From NCBI RefSeq assembly GCF_009834535.1, contig NC_045697.1, positions 40,054,001 through 40,118,000 on the forward strand: a DNA stretch of 64,000 nt. Reading direction: 5' to 3'. Shown here piece by piece: positions 1 to 11,000 of this stretch. How positions within the stretch are numbered: the first letter of the stretch is position 1; every line of letters starts with the position of its first letter. The translations under genes and the position numbers were made by a program. The notes beneath the pieces are model-generated. The model was not told where the DNA came from. It ran no database searches and saw nothing but the letters and a program-made list of their open reading frames with translations. Source of the stretch: Camelus ferus (taxonomy: Eukaryota).

Positions 1-508
1 GCAACCACAAGTCTGTATTCTATGTCTGTGTGTCTGTTTCTGTTTTATATTTAAGTTTGTTTTTCTTCTTCTTCTTCTTCTTTTTTTTTTTTGGATTTCA
101 CATATGAGTGATATCATATGGTATTTTTCTTTCTCTTTCTGGGTTATTTCACTTAGAATGACATTCTCCAGGGGCATGCATCCATGTTGCTGCAAATGGC
201 ATTTTGTTGTCATTTTTATGGCTGAATAGTATTCCATTGTATAAATATATCACAACTTCTTTATCCAGTCATCTATCAATGGACATTTAGGTTGTTTCCA
301 TGTCTTGGCTATTGTAAATAGTGCTGCTATGAACATTGGGGTGCAGGTGTCTTTTTGAATTAGGGTTCTTTCTGGATATATACCTAGGAGTGGGATTACT
401 GGGTCATATGGTAAGTGTATTTTTAGTCTTTTGAGGAATCTCCATACTGTTTTCCGCAATGGCTGCACCAAACTGCATTCCCACCAACAGTGTAGGAGGG
501 TTCCCTTC
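1..508 (-). mobile_element. Young (camelid-type) LINE-1 3' portion, 5'-truncated; ORF2 C-terminus and part of 3'UTR, runs off the window start
   Basis: ORF 250-525(-) reads [40 protein letters not shown]...TCTPMFIAALFTIAKTWKQPKCP, the typical L1 ORF2 C-terminal domain; 3'UTR resembles the copies at 16.5 kb and 63.3 kb. Confidence 0.95.
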
Positions 509-894
509 AGCCTATTTTCATTCACTCTTCCGGGGGGAGAAATTGTAAGGCAGCAGATGCGTTCAGAGACATGTAATCATATTGTTACCACTATCTGTCA
601 GCTCTTTGGCCCCATTCTCTTAGATGAAGCCACTAACCTGTCTTTTCAAGCCTGGAGCCAACCCCTCATTCCAGCTGTGTACCTCCTGCAGTCTTCACTG
701 AGGAAAGTAGCGTTCTCTTAAGACACTGCAAAATCCTATCCATGTCTTGAGTAGAAGGGAGAATGCATATGTTCTTTTGTAAAGAGTTACAGCAGAAAAT
801 GAAACTTGATCACCAAGCTGTGCTTCCACATAAAGCATCGTCACATATATCATTCTGCCAGATTTTAAACAACCATCTCGGTAACAGGTCAAGG

Positions 895-1005
895 GGATTG
901 TTATTTTAACCTGTCAGTGAAGAAACGGAGGCTCTGGTTAAGCAACTGGCGATAAGTCATGCAGCTGGTTAGTGGGTGTGCTGGGTTTGATCTCACCTTT
1001 CGGCT
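895..1005 (-). mobile_element. MIR SINE fragment
   Basis: gtgaagaaacggaggctctggttaagcaactggc...gtcatgcagctggttagt resembles the MIR core in reverse. Confidence 0.55.
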
Positions 1006-1224
1006 CCAAGTTCAGGTTTATCCTGTACTTTTCTTCATCCTCTCAAGGCCCATGACAAACTACATTGTTCCATACTAGGGTTTGTTTTCTTTTTATGTCA
1101 TAATCTGAAACCTTTGTGCATTACAAAAAATCCTATTTCTACTTTTTTTGTCAAAATTATTCACGTGTTTGTCATACGCTTTGTAACCATTAAAGCCTTT
1201 ACTCGTTAGGAATAAATGTTTTAG

Positions 1225-1370
1225 AGTAGTGCTTCTCAAACTCTATTGTGACTAAAAATCACCTGGGGCGCTTGCAAAAATTCAGATTCCTGGGCCCAAC
1301 TCCAGACACCTAATTCAGTAGGTCAGGGCCCAGAATTTGCATGCTACCATCCAGAGACCATGCTTTTAGA
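1225..1370. mobile_element. MER5-type hAT-Charlie DNA transposon fossil
   Basis: agtgcttctcaaact...aatcacctggggcgcttgcaaaaattcagattcctgggcccaactccaga is characteristic of MER5A/B. Confidence 0.75.
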
Positions 1371-1429
1371 CTATAGGCACAGCTTCAGTCAGTATTTTTA
1401 AATAACATATTTATGGTTTAGTGAGGAGG

Positions 1430-1665
1430 CTTTGTGTGCTTAGTAACACAGGTTATAGAGTCAGAATTCCTAGGTTTGAATATTGATACCAGCACACACA
1501 TAAGCTGTGTGATCTTGAGGATGTTAACCCATCCAGGCCTCAGTTTCCTAATCTGTAAAATGGGGACAGTGATACCACTTACCTCATATGATGGTTGCGA
1601 GGATTAAATGACTTAACAGTGCCAGGCACAGATTGTCTCTATATGTGTTTGCTCTTGTTATTACT
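1430..1665 (+). mobile_element. MIR SINE
   Basis: MIR core gcctcagtttcctaatctgtaaaatggggacagtgataccacttacctcatatgatggttgcgaggattaaatga. Confidence 0.9.
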
Positions 1666-1869
1666 AAGTCTTGCTCAATTCATAATGGTTCTTATAATAG
1701 AAACACTAACAAAAAGAATTCACACAGATAACAAATAATCTTCTTTGATGTAAATGTTACCCCAGGGCTTAATCATGAGTTAAAAGTGTTGTTTTGTGTG
1801 TATAAGTCGATGTCCTGGGCTGTCAGCTAACATTTCCCACCAAGGGGAGAGAGAGCAGATGATGCTGAG

Positions 1870-2100
1870 AAGTTGGCAAGGGCCTGATCACGCAGGGCTT
1901 TACATAGCAGCTTAAGAGCTTGGACTTAACTCTGACAGTGATGAAAGCCTTCAACATAGTTTGAAGCTGGAGAGTGCAATCAGAATTGCATTTTAGAAAT
2001 ATCTCCCACTGCACTGTGGAGGCCAAATTTGGAAGAAGGTGAGACTAGAGGCAGAGAGCTGTTTGAATAGACTGTTGCAATCATCCTGGGGAGAATTAAT
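1870..2100 (-). mobile_element. L2 LINE fragment
   Basis: gggcctgatcacgcagggctttac...aagagcttggacttaactct...aagccttc is the reverse of the L2 3' region. Confidence 0.7.
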
Positions 2101-2289
2101 AAAGTCAAACTACTTCTCAGACTAAGTAAGGCAGTAGAGTAAAAGCTCAGAGCAGGAATCCCATGGCTCAGGAGATGGAATGGAGCTTATGCCATGATGC
2201 AGAAAGGAAACGTGATACTGTATTAAAACTCCTTAGCTTATTCCTTTTCTCCCCATCAAAGCTCCAGGAGGCTGAGGACTGAGCCTAAC

Positions 2290-2490
2290 TCCTGTGTAAC
2301 TCCAGCCCCTAACTCCTTGTAGGTCTTTGATGGATGTCTGGTGAGTGAATGGGTGAGGGAGAATAAATCGAATCCTCCTTGAGGTCTGCAAGTGTCTGTG
2401 TGATCTGGTCCCTGTCTCTCCAGCTTTATCTCCCTTCTCTCTCGTCTGTTCTTACCACACTGGCCTTCCTGAAGACCTTTGAAAATGCCC
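2290..2490 (+). mobile_element. L2 LINE fragments
   Basis: L2 tail-like gtgagtgaatgggtga and tgatctggtccctgtctctccagctttatctcc. Confidence 0.5.
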
Positions 2491-2534
2491 AACTGTGACC
2501 TCTATCTAGTCCAAGGAATGTCAAAGTACTGCTC

Positions 2535-2735
2535 TTGGAGCAAATTTGTCTTGCCACCTATTTTTATAGATAAAGTTTTATTAGAACACAACCACACCCA
2601 TCTGATTAAGTATTTTCTTTGGTTACTTTAGTGCTCCAGTAGCAGAGTAGAGTAATTGTGATGAGACCACAGGTCTTTGAAGCCCCAACTAGTTACTGTC
2701 TGGCTTTTTACAGAAAATGGTTGCTGATTCCCTGC
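2535..2735 (+). mobile_element. MER58A hAT-Charlie MITE
   Basis: taaagttttattagaacacaaccacacccat...tggctttttacagaaaatggttgctgattccctg matches the MER58A layout. Confidence 0.85.
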
Positions 2736-2784
2736 TCTAGTTCTGTGGAATTGTTGTGACCTCTGCTGTAAAACTCTACCCTCA

Positions 2785-4180
2785 ACAAAGCTACAGTAAT
2801 CAGAACCGTGGTATTGGCATAAAGAAAGGCATACATACAGACCAATGGAATAGAATAGAGAGCCCAGAAATAAACTCTCACGTATATGGTCGAATGATTT
2901 TCTGCAAGGGCACCAAGACCATTCAGTAGGGAAAAGGTAGTCTTTTCAATAATGGTACTGGGAAAACTGGATATCCACACACAAAAGAATTAAGTTAGAC
3001 CCTTATCTTACACCATATACAAAAATTAAGTTAAAATGGATCAAAGACCTAAACATAAGAACTAAAAATGTGAAAACATGGAGGAAAAGCTCATGACATT
3101 GAATCAGTCATTTATTGAATATGAAACCAAAAGCATAGGCAACAAAAGAAAAACTAGATAAATTGGACTTCATTAAAATTAAAATTTTATACCTCGAAAG
3201 ACATTATTACGAGAGTAAAAAGACAACCTACAAGATAGTAGAAACTATTTGCATATCATTTACATGATAAGGGGTTAATATATAGAATATATAAAGAAGT
3301 CTTGCAGCTCAACAACAGCAAAAGCCAAGCAACCCAATTTAAAAAGGGCAAAGGACTTGAGTAGACATTTTTCTAAAGAAGACATACAAATGGCCAATAA
3401 GCACATTTGGAAAGATGTTCAACATCACTAATCATTAGAGAAATGTAAGTCAAAATCTGAGATATTACTTCATTACTGAGATATTACTTCATTCCCACTA
3501 GGATGGCCCTAATTAAAAAAAAAAAAGGAACATAACACGCGTTGACATAGATGTGGAGAAACTGGAACCTTCGTGCTTTGCTAGTAGGAAAGTAAAATGG
3601 TGTAGCTGCTATGGAAAAGAGTTTGGCAGTTCCTCAAAAAATTAAACCCAGAGTTCCCATATGATTCAGCAATTCCACTTCTGGGTATATACCAAAAGAA
3701 TTGAAAGCGGGCACTCAGACAGATATATGTACACCCGTATTCATAGCAGCATTATTCACAACAGCCAAAAGGCAGAAGCAAACCAAGTGTCCACAACAGA
3801 GGAATACCACAGAGTGTGGTACATGCATACAACAGAACAGTATTCTGCCTTAAAAATTCTGACACATGCTACAAAATGGATGAACCTTGATGAGATTATG
3901 TTAAGTGAAATATGCCAGTCATCAAAGGACAAATACTGTGTGATTCCACTTGTATGAGGTACCTACAGTAGTCAAGTTCATAGAAACAGAAAGTAGGATG
4001 GTGGTTGCCACCAGGGGAGGAGAGGGGTGAGGAGTTATTCTTTAATGGGGATAGAGCTTCAGTTTGGGAAAATGAAAAACGTTCTGGAGTTGTGTTGGTG
4101 CTCATGATTGCAAAAAAATGTGAATGTACTTAATGTCACAAAACTCTACTCTTAAAAATAGTAAGTTTTATGGTATCTTT
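2785..4180 (+). mobile_element. L1MB-type LINE-1 3' portion (ORF2 end and 3'UTR)
   Basis: caaagctacagtaatcagaaccgtggtattggcat (ORF2); 3'UTR tttaatggggatagagcttcagtttgggaaaatgaaaaacgttctggag; frameshifted. Confidence 0.9.
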
Positions 4181-4194
4181 ATCTACATAAGAGA

Positions 4195-4290
4195 CTGGTT
4201 GGCAAGCTCTTTCTGTGAAAGGCTAGATAAGAAATATTTTAGGCTGTGGGCAGCTACTCCACTCTGGCATCATAGCATGAAAGCAGCCTT
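4195..4290 (-). mobile_element. MER58-type fragment
   Basis: ggcaagctctttctgtgaaaggctagataagaaatattttaggc...catagcatgaaagcagcc. Confidence 0.7.
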
Positions 4291-4611
4291 GGAGAGCAGG
4301 TAAATGATGGGTGAAACACGGAGAGGAAAAAGGGAACTGTTGAAGTCCTGGGAATTGGGAGACTGAGAAGGAAGTTCATGTGGAAAGTCGGTGAAGGGAA
4401 GTATTTTACACAAATATGTTTGATTGATTTTATCTTAATTCCTGTCACTCCATCATCACAGCTAATACTCTAGATGTTAAATTTTCAGTTTGACTTTGAC
4501 TTTGGAACATTGTACATTTCAAACTCCCACAGAATACATTTACTAATACAAACTCCAGGTGGAGCCTTTTCTTTTTTTTCTCACTAAGGTGTTCTCATTA
4601 GTTTATTCAAC

Positions 4612-4820
4612 TATTAGGGAGTGAAAAAATTTCCCTCTACTGTTCTTCTGGCTGGTCTAAGAATTAAACTGACATGAGACAGATCAACAGGAGAAAAACC
4701 GAATTCAGTTATGTACATATAGGGCCTCCATAAGAATATGAGGCCCAAGGACAAGTTAGGCAATCGAGGCTTATACACCGTCTGAGAGAAGGAGAAAAGG
4801 TAGGGGCTGGGGACCTCAAA
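4612..4820 (-). mobile_element. ERV1 (MER34-like) LTR fragment
   Basis: Similar to the LTR at 30252-30750 (tggtctaa..aattaaactgacatgagacagatcaacaggagaaaa). Confidence 0.55.
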
Positions 4821-5130
4821 TATACCTACTGTATTTCAGACACTGTCTTAGGCACTGAGGATAGAATAGTGAATGAAATAAAATCCTACCCTTGTAAAGT
4901 TCACTGTCTAGTGGGAGAAGATAGATAATAAACAATAACTAAATCTGTATGGTGTAGTATGTTAGAGGGTGAGAGGAGCTAGAAACAAAAGCATGGTAAG
5001 GGAAAGGGTCATCAGGAAGGTAAAGGGAGATTTTGCAATTTTAAATAGAGCAGAGGAAAGCACTTAGGTAGAGGAAACGGGGGCAGGAGTATGTCTAGCA
5101 TGTTGGAGAAGCACCTAGGAGGCCAGTGTG
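4821..5130 (-). mobile_element. L2 3' end
   Basis: cctactgtatttcagacactgtcttaggcactgaggatagaatagtgaat...ctagtgggagaagatagataataaacaa. Confidence 0.75.
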
Positions 5131-5134
5131 CACA

Positions 5135-7140
5135 GAGACACTGTTCCTCTCCATGGTCCCCACATCTGTCCATTCTGGCTCTGTGCAATATTGGTTGCTG
5201 GTTTAAGGCATGTACTCCGTGCTGTAGGATGCATCCCAGCCTTGCATGGTGTCCCAGCTGGCACTATAATTAAGCCTTCAAAATGCCAGTTAATTTTTCT
5301 ATCAAGCCAGCTGCTTCTGTATGATGGGGATATGTAGTGAATTTATAGAGCATGCGCCCATTTCCAAACCTCTTTGACCATAAATATGCCTGTAGTCAGA
5401 GACAGTGTTATGTCAGTACCATGGCAATGGATGAGACATTCTGTAACTTCATGATAGCAGTGTTGGCAGAAACTCTACAAGCAGGAAAAATACACTTTTA
5501 CACAGTGTGTAGCCATCCCTGAAAGTATAAAGAGCTGTTCCCTTATGATGGAAGGAGTCCACCATAATCTTCTGTTACTAAGTAGCCACCTGTCATCCTG
5601 GACAGTGGTGCCATATCAGCGGCTTAGTATTGACTTCTGCTCTTGGCAAATTGGACACTTAGCATTAGTTAGAGCCAGACCAGCCTTGGGGAAGTGAAAA
5701 CCATGTTATTAGCTCACATTTTCTTTTATGCTGCCACGGCCACTTTGTATATGGACCCGCTAAGCAAGCACTGGGATGCCTGGAGAAAGAGGCTTCCTGA
5801 CATTCACAAAATAGATCTTCATGAACATCTGGCTTTTGACAGCCTCCACCATCATGGATACCCTCCACTGGATATATACATGATACACAAATATTCTAAC
5901 AATTTTGTACCCACTCCCAGAGGTCCATACATAGTCTATCTTGTCACCAATTTTCCAGTTAGTTCTTTCCAAGTCCCCAACCAGCCAACCAATCCAGTAG
6001 CCACTGCTCATAAGTTATTATAAATCTTTGTACCTCAGGCTGTGAAATGAAAAGCCAGATATACCCCTCAAAGTTCTGTCCACTTGGAGAGTTTCCTTCA
6101 TCATGGTCCTCTGTGGTCATGCCTGAGTGGGTTGCAGTACAGTGGACACCCACTTTTGTCAGTGTAACATCATTGGCAGATCCATATGAGAACTAGACTT
6201 GTGCTTTCTTCTCTTCTGTGAACTGCTCATTGGGAATTCTGCAAGAGGACACTCGTATAGGTTGAGGAAAAGGCATAGAAGTGGTAGGAATAGGTTCTTT
6301 GGAAGTTGGAGCCAACTGACCGTACGTAATACTTGTGCCTTCTGGACCTGCTGGGGCCCAGTCTCCTTTGTACTGCTTCCAGTATTACAATGGAAATCTT
6401 GCTGTGTGCATCCAGTATCTTGGTTCCTGTTGGGACGTTCAGGTTGCATAGTCACTTGGTGCCATGTAGTCATGTGTTCAGTCTCAAACACTAGGACCAG
6501 TAGGAAACCAATAGCCACTTTTCAAGGGGAGAATATTTGCCATCAGAGGAAGGTATGGCCTTACCAAGCCCCTAGATGTCTGTGCTGTGATGATCCTACT
6601 GGAATTTGCCTCAAACTGTATACAGAATCTCTCTCTACAACAGATCCTTCTAATACTATTTGGTCTGCTAGGTCCTTGGGTCCAAGTGTCAGGGCAACTT
6701 ACTTTGAAGCCTGGAGGGCTTTCAAAAATGGTAGCTTTACAAGCTATCAAATGAATGGGTTGGAGCAGCATGCTCAAATATTGCTCACATTGCCTCCAAA
6801 TTTGAAAGAGGCCCACAGAGTAAGGTGGAGTTCTTTTTCCTTTATGAGGGGAAGCACATGGTACAGCAACTTGTATCTCATTTTAGAAGGGGTATCCTAA
6901 CAGGCCCCAGATGATAGAGCCTCTGCAAATATCACTGATACAGTAAACCTATTAAATTTTATAGAATTTGGGTCCCACACCTTGGCAACCATATATGTAA
7001 GTAAGGTATTTTTGTTTGCTTGTTTCTTTCTGCTTAATAGATCCAGTTGGCATAATGGCATTAATATGCAAGGTCAGCACGATGTCCTCTGGGATAGCAA
7101 GATGATCAGGGTTCCTCCCAATTGTATTTTGTTGGCAGGG
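5135..7140 (-). mobile_element. Degenerate ERVL-class internal region (pol: RT/RNase H/integrase remnants), no LTRs seen
   Basis: Minus-strand translation contains RNase H-like GYWIGWLVGDLERTNWKIGDK...VRIFVYHV (cf. ERVL ANGLAGWSGTWKENDWKIGDKEIW...VKIFVSHV) and LVFETEHMTTWHQVTMQPE (ERVL tether-like); many stops and frameshifts. Confidence 0.8.
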
Positions 7141-7175
7141 GAGAGGACATGGCCCTGGGACGTGAACAGAAACAT

Positions 7176-7282
7176 ACAGTCAGCCTCAGCCCTCTGTATC
7201 TGTGGTTCTGCACAATGTCAGATTCGGCCAATGTCAGATTGAAAATATTTAGAAAAAAATTCTGGAAATGTCCAAAAAGCTG
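7176..7282. mobile_element. TcMar-Tigger-derived fragment
   Basis: tacagtcagcc...ctctgtatctgtggttctgcac...ttgaaaatatttagaaaaaaattctggaaatgtccaaaaagc. Confidence 0.6.
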
Positions 7283-7289
7283 TTGAATT

Positions 7290-7462
7290 AGGAAAGAGAG
7301 GGTGGTATTTACTGCAAAGTGGAGATGATGCCTTAGGCCTTAGACAGGAACGTGAAAAGTTCATCTAGGCCAGGGTAATAGGAGGAAAGGCAGAGTATGC
7401 TGGTGGGTGGGCAGATATGGTGGAGGGAATCAAGAAGTCTCTTTTGATTGTTTCAGTTTTCT
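7290..7462 (-). mobile_element. L2 fragment (left piece, split by the L1 at 7463-13832)
   Basis: Ends in tttgattgtttcagttttct; the L2 sequence resumes at 13833. Confidence 0.55.
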
Positions 7463-7524
7463 TTTTAAAATTTAGTTTACATTGATTTATAACATAAGTT
7501 TCATGTGTACAACATTATATTTCT

Positions 7525-7629
7525 CTGTCTTTTTTTTTTTAAATTTTATTAATGGAGATACTGGGGATTGAACCCAGGACCTCATGCATGCTAAGCATGC
7601 GCTCTACCACCGAGCTATTACCTTCCCCC
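7525..7629 (-). mobile_element. Camelid tRNA-Ala-derived SINE (Vic-1 type) with A-rich tail and TSD
   Basis: Reverse complement ggggaaggtaatagctcggtggtagagcgcatgcttagcatgcatgaggtcctgggttcaatccccagtatctcc plus A tail; TSD tacaacattatatttct (7508-7524) / tacaatatcatatttct (7630-7646). Confidence 0.9.
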
Positions 7630-7998
7630 TACAATATCATATTTCTTCTTCTGTATACACTGCAATGAGCTCACCACCAAAAATCCAGTTTCTATCCATC
7701 ACCATACAGTTCATCCCGTTTACCCACTTGACCCTCCACTCCCACCCTTTCCCCTCTGGTAACCACTGCTCTGTTCTCTGTATCTATGGGTTTGTTTTGG
7801 TTTGTTTGTTCATTGATCTTGTTTTTGTATATTAGTTTTTTTATCTTCCACATGTGAGGGAAATCATATGGTGTTTGTCTTTCTCCATCTGACTTATTTT
7901 ACTGAGCATAAGACTCTCTAGGTACATACATGTTGTTGCAGATGGCAAGATCCATCTTTTTTATGGCCCAGTAGTATTCCATTGCATATTGATTGATG

Positions 7999-8058
<60 letters not shown>
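7999..8058 (+). repeat. (GATA)15 perfect microsatellite
   Basis: Counted directly. Confidence 0.97.
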
Positions 8059-11000
8059 TACACTGTATCTTCTTTATCTGTTTGTCTGTTAACGGGCACT
8101 TTAGTTGTTTCCATATCTTGGCTATTGTAAATAATGCTGCTATGACTGGGGGTGCAGATATCTTTTCAGGTTACTGTTTTCATATTCTTTGCATAAATAC
8201 ACAGAAATGGGATAGCTGGATCCTATCGTAGTACTATTCTTAATTTTTTGAGGAATCTCCATATTGTATTCCATAGTGACTGCACCAGTTTACATTCCCA
8301 CCTACGGTGTATAAGGGTTCCCTTTTCTCCATATCCTTACTAAAACTTGTTATTTGTTGTCTTTTTAGTAATAGCCATTTTGATAGGTGTGAGGTGATAG
8401 CTCATTGTGTTTGATTTGCATTTCCCTAATAATTAGTGACTTTAAACATCTTTTCATTTGCCTGTTGGCCATGTGTATGTCTTCTTTGGAAAAATGTCTG
8501 TTCAGCTCCTTTGCCCATTTTTAATCAAGTTTTGTTGTTGTTGAATTATATGAATTCTTAATATAATTTTGATATTAATCCTTTAGGATATATATCATTT
8601 GTAAATATCTTCTCCCATTTGTAGGTTATCTTTTCATTTTATTAAAAGTTTCCTTTGCTCTGTGGAAGCTTTTTTTATAAAACTACCATATAATCCCATT
8701 TGTTTATTTTTGCTTTTGTTTCCCTTGCCTGAGGAGATAAATCTAGAAAAATATTGCTAAGACTAATGTCAAAGAGCATACTGTCTATGCTTTCTTCTAG
8801 ACGTTTTATGGTTTCAGGTCTTACATTCAAGTCTTCAATCCATTTTGAGTTAATTTTTATGTATGGTGTGAGATAGTGGTCTAGTTTCATTTTTTTGCAT
8901 GTGGCTGTCCAGTTTTCAGAACACCGTTTATTGAAGAGATTATCTTTTCTCCATTGTATTTTCTTTAATCGTTTGTCATAAATTAATTGTCCATATATGT
9001 GTTTATTTCTGGGCTCCTAATTCTGTTCTTTTGATATGTGTATCTGTTTTTTTCCCAATATCATGCTGTTTTGATTACTATGGCTTTGTAGTATAGTTTG
9101 AGCTCAGGGAGTGTGATACATCTAGCTTTGTTCTTTTTTCTCAGGATTGCTTTGGCTGTTTAGGGTTTTTTTTGTGGTTCCATATACATTTTATAATTTT
9201 TAAATTCTATTTCTGTGAAAAATGTCCTTTGGATTTTGATAGGGATTGCATTGACTCTGTAGTTTGCTTTAGGTAATAAGGATATTTTGACTGTGTTAAT
9301 CCTTCCAATTAATGATCACAGAATATCTTTCCATTTATTTGAGTCTTCTTCAATTTCTTTCAAAAGTGTCTTAGAGTTTTCAGTGTATAGGTCTTTTACC
9401 TCCTTGGTTAAGTTTATTCCAAAGTATTTTATTCTTTTTGTTGCAATTGTAAATGGGATTGTTTTCTTAATTTCTCTTTCTGTTAGCTTGTTAGTGTGTA
9501 GAAGTGCAACAGATTTCTGTATATTGATTTTGTATCCTGTAACTTTATTGCATTTATTATTTCTAATAGTTTTTTGTGTTTTTAGGGTCTTATATATATA
9601 AAATAATTATGTTATCTGCAAATAGTCACAGTTATACTTCTTCCTTTCCAAACTGAATGCCTTTTATTTCTTTTTCTTGCCTAATTGCTCTGGCTGTGGC
9701 TTCCAATACTATGTTGAGTAAAAGTAGTGGGAGTGGGCATTCATATTTTGTTTCTGGTATTAGAAGGATAACTTTCAAGTTTTCACCATTGAATATGATG
9801 TTAGCTATGGGTTTGTCACATATGGTCTTTATTATGTTGAGGTATGTCCCTTCTATATCAATTTTATTGAGAGTTTTTAAAATCATAAATAGATACTGAA
9901 TCTTGTCAAAAGCTGTCAAAAGCTGTCAAAAGCTTTTTCAGCATCTTTGAGATAGTCATTTGGTTTTTACCCTTCATTTTGTTAATGTGGTATATCACAC
10001 TGATTTACTTGCAAATGCTGAACCATCTTTGAGTCCCTGGAATAAATCCCACTTGCTCATGGTGTATGATCCTTTTGATATAGTGTTGAATTTGGTTTAC
10101 TGATGTTTTGTTGAAGATTGTTGCATCTATGTTTATCAGAGATACTAGCTTTTAATTTTCTTTTTTCTGTTGTCTTTGGTTTTGGTATCGAGGTGATGGC
10201 CTCATAAACAGTGTTCCCTTCTCTTCAATTTTTAGGAATAGTTTGAGAAAGATAGGTATTAAATCTCTTTGAATGTTTAGTAAAATTCACCCATGAAGCC
10301 ACCTGGTCCTGGACTTCCATTTTGGGGAGGTTTTTGATCATTGTTTCAATCTCTGTACTAGTGATCGGTCTGCTCAGATTTTCTATTTCTTCCTGATTCA
10401 GTCTGGGAAAGTAATATGATTCTAAGAATTTGTTCCATTTCCGCTTCTAGGGTGTTCAATATGTTGGTGTGTGGCTATTCATAATATTCTCTTATAACTC
10501 TTTGTATTTCTCTGGTGGTGTTGTCATTTCTCCCTTTTTTACTTTTGATTTTATTTATCAGAACCTTCTCTCTTTTTTTCTTAGTGAGTCCAGATAATGG
10601 TTTGTCAATTTTGTTTATCTTTTCAAAGAATCAGCTCTTAGTTTCATTGATTTTTTAATTGTCTTTTTAGTATCTAGTTCATTTATGTCTGCTCTGAGCT
10701 TTATTATTTCCTTTTTTCTGCTACTTTGGACTTCATTTGTTCTTCATTTTCTAGTTTCTTTACCTGTGAGTTTAGATGGTTTGTTTGAAATTTTTCTTGT
10801 TTCTTGAGGTAGATCTGTCCTGCTGTAAACTTCCCTCTTAGCACCACTTTTGCCATATCCCATAGATTTTGGTATGTCATATTTTCATTTTTATTTGTCT
10901 TTAGGTAATTTTTTATTTCTCCTTTGATTCCTTTGTTGAGCCAGTAATTGTTCAGTAGTATGTTGCTCAGTCACCAAATATTTGTGATTTTTCCAGCTTT

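Noticed and set aside
3457..3493. Short local tandem duplications (also ~9904-9934, ~47184-47226, ~47267-47294, ~49073-49093)
   Set aside because: Ordinary slippage duplications inside dead repeats.
6199..6900. Longest ORF in the track (233 aa, + strand)
   Set aside because: Antisense to decayed ERVL pol, non-ATG start, no recognisable domain.
7555..7629. tRNA-Ala-like sequence
   Set aside because: It has an A-rich tail and TSD and sits inside an L1, so it is a tRNA-derived SINE, not a tRNA gene.
7899..8114. ORF containing (YLSI)n
   Set aside because: Translation of the GATA microsatellite within L1.
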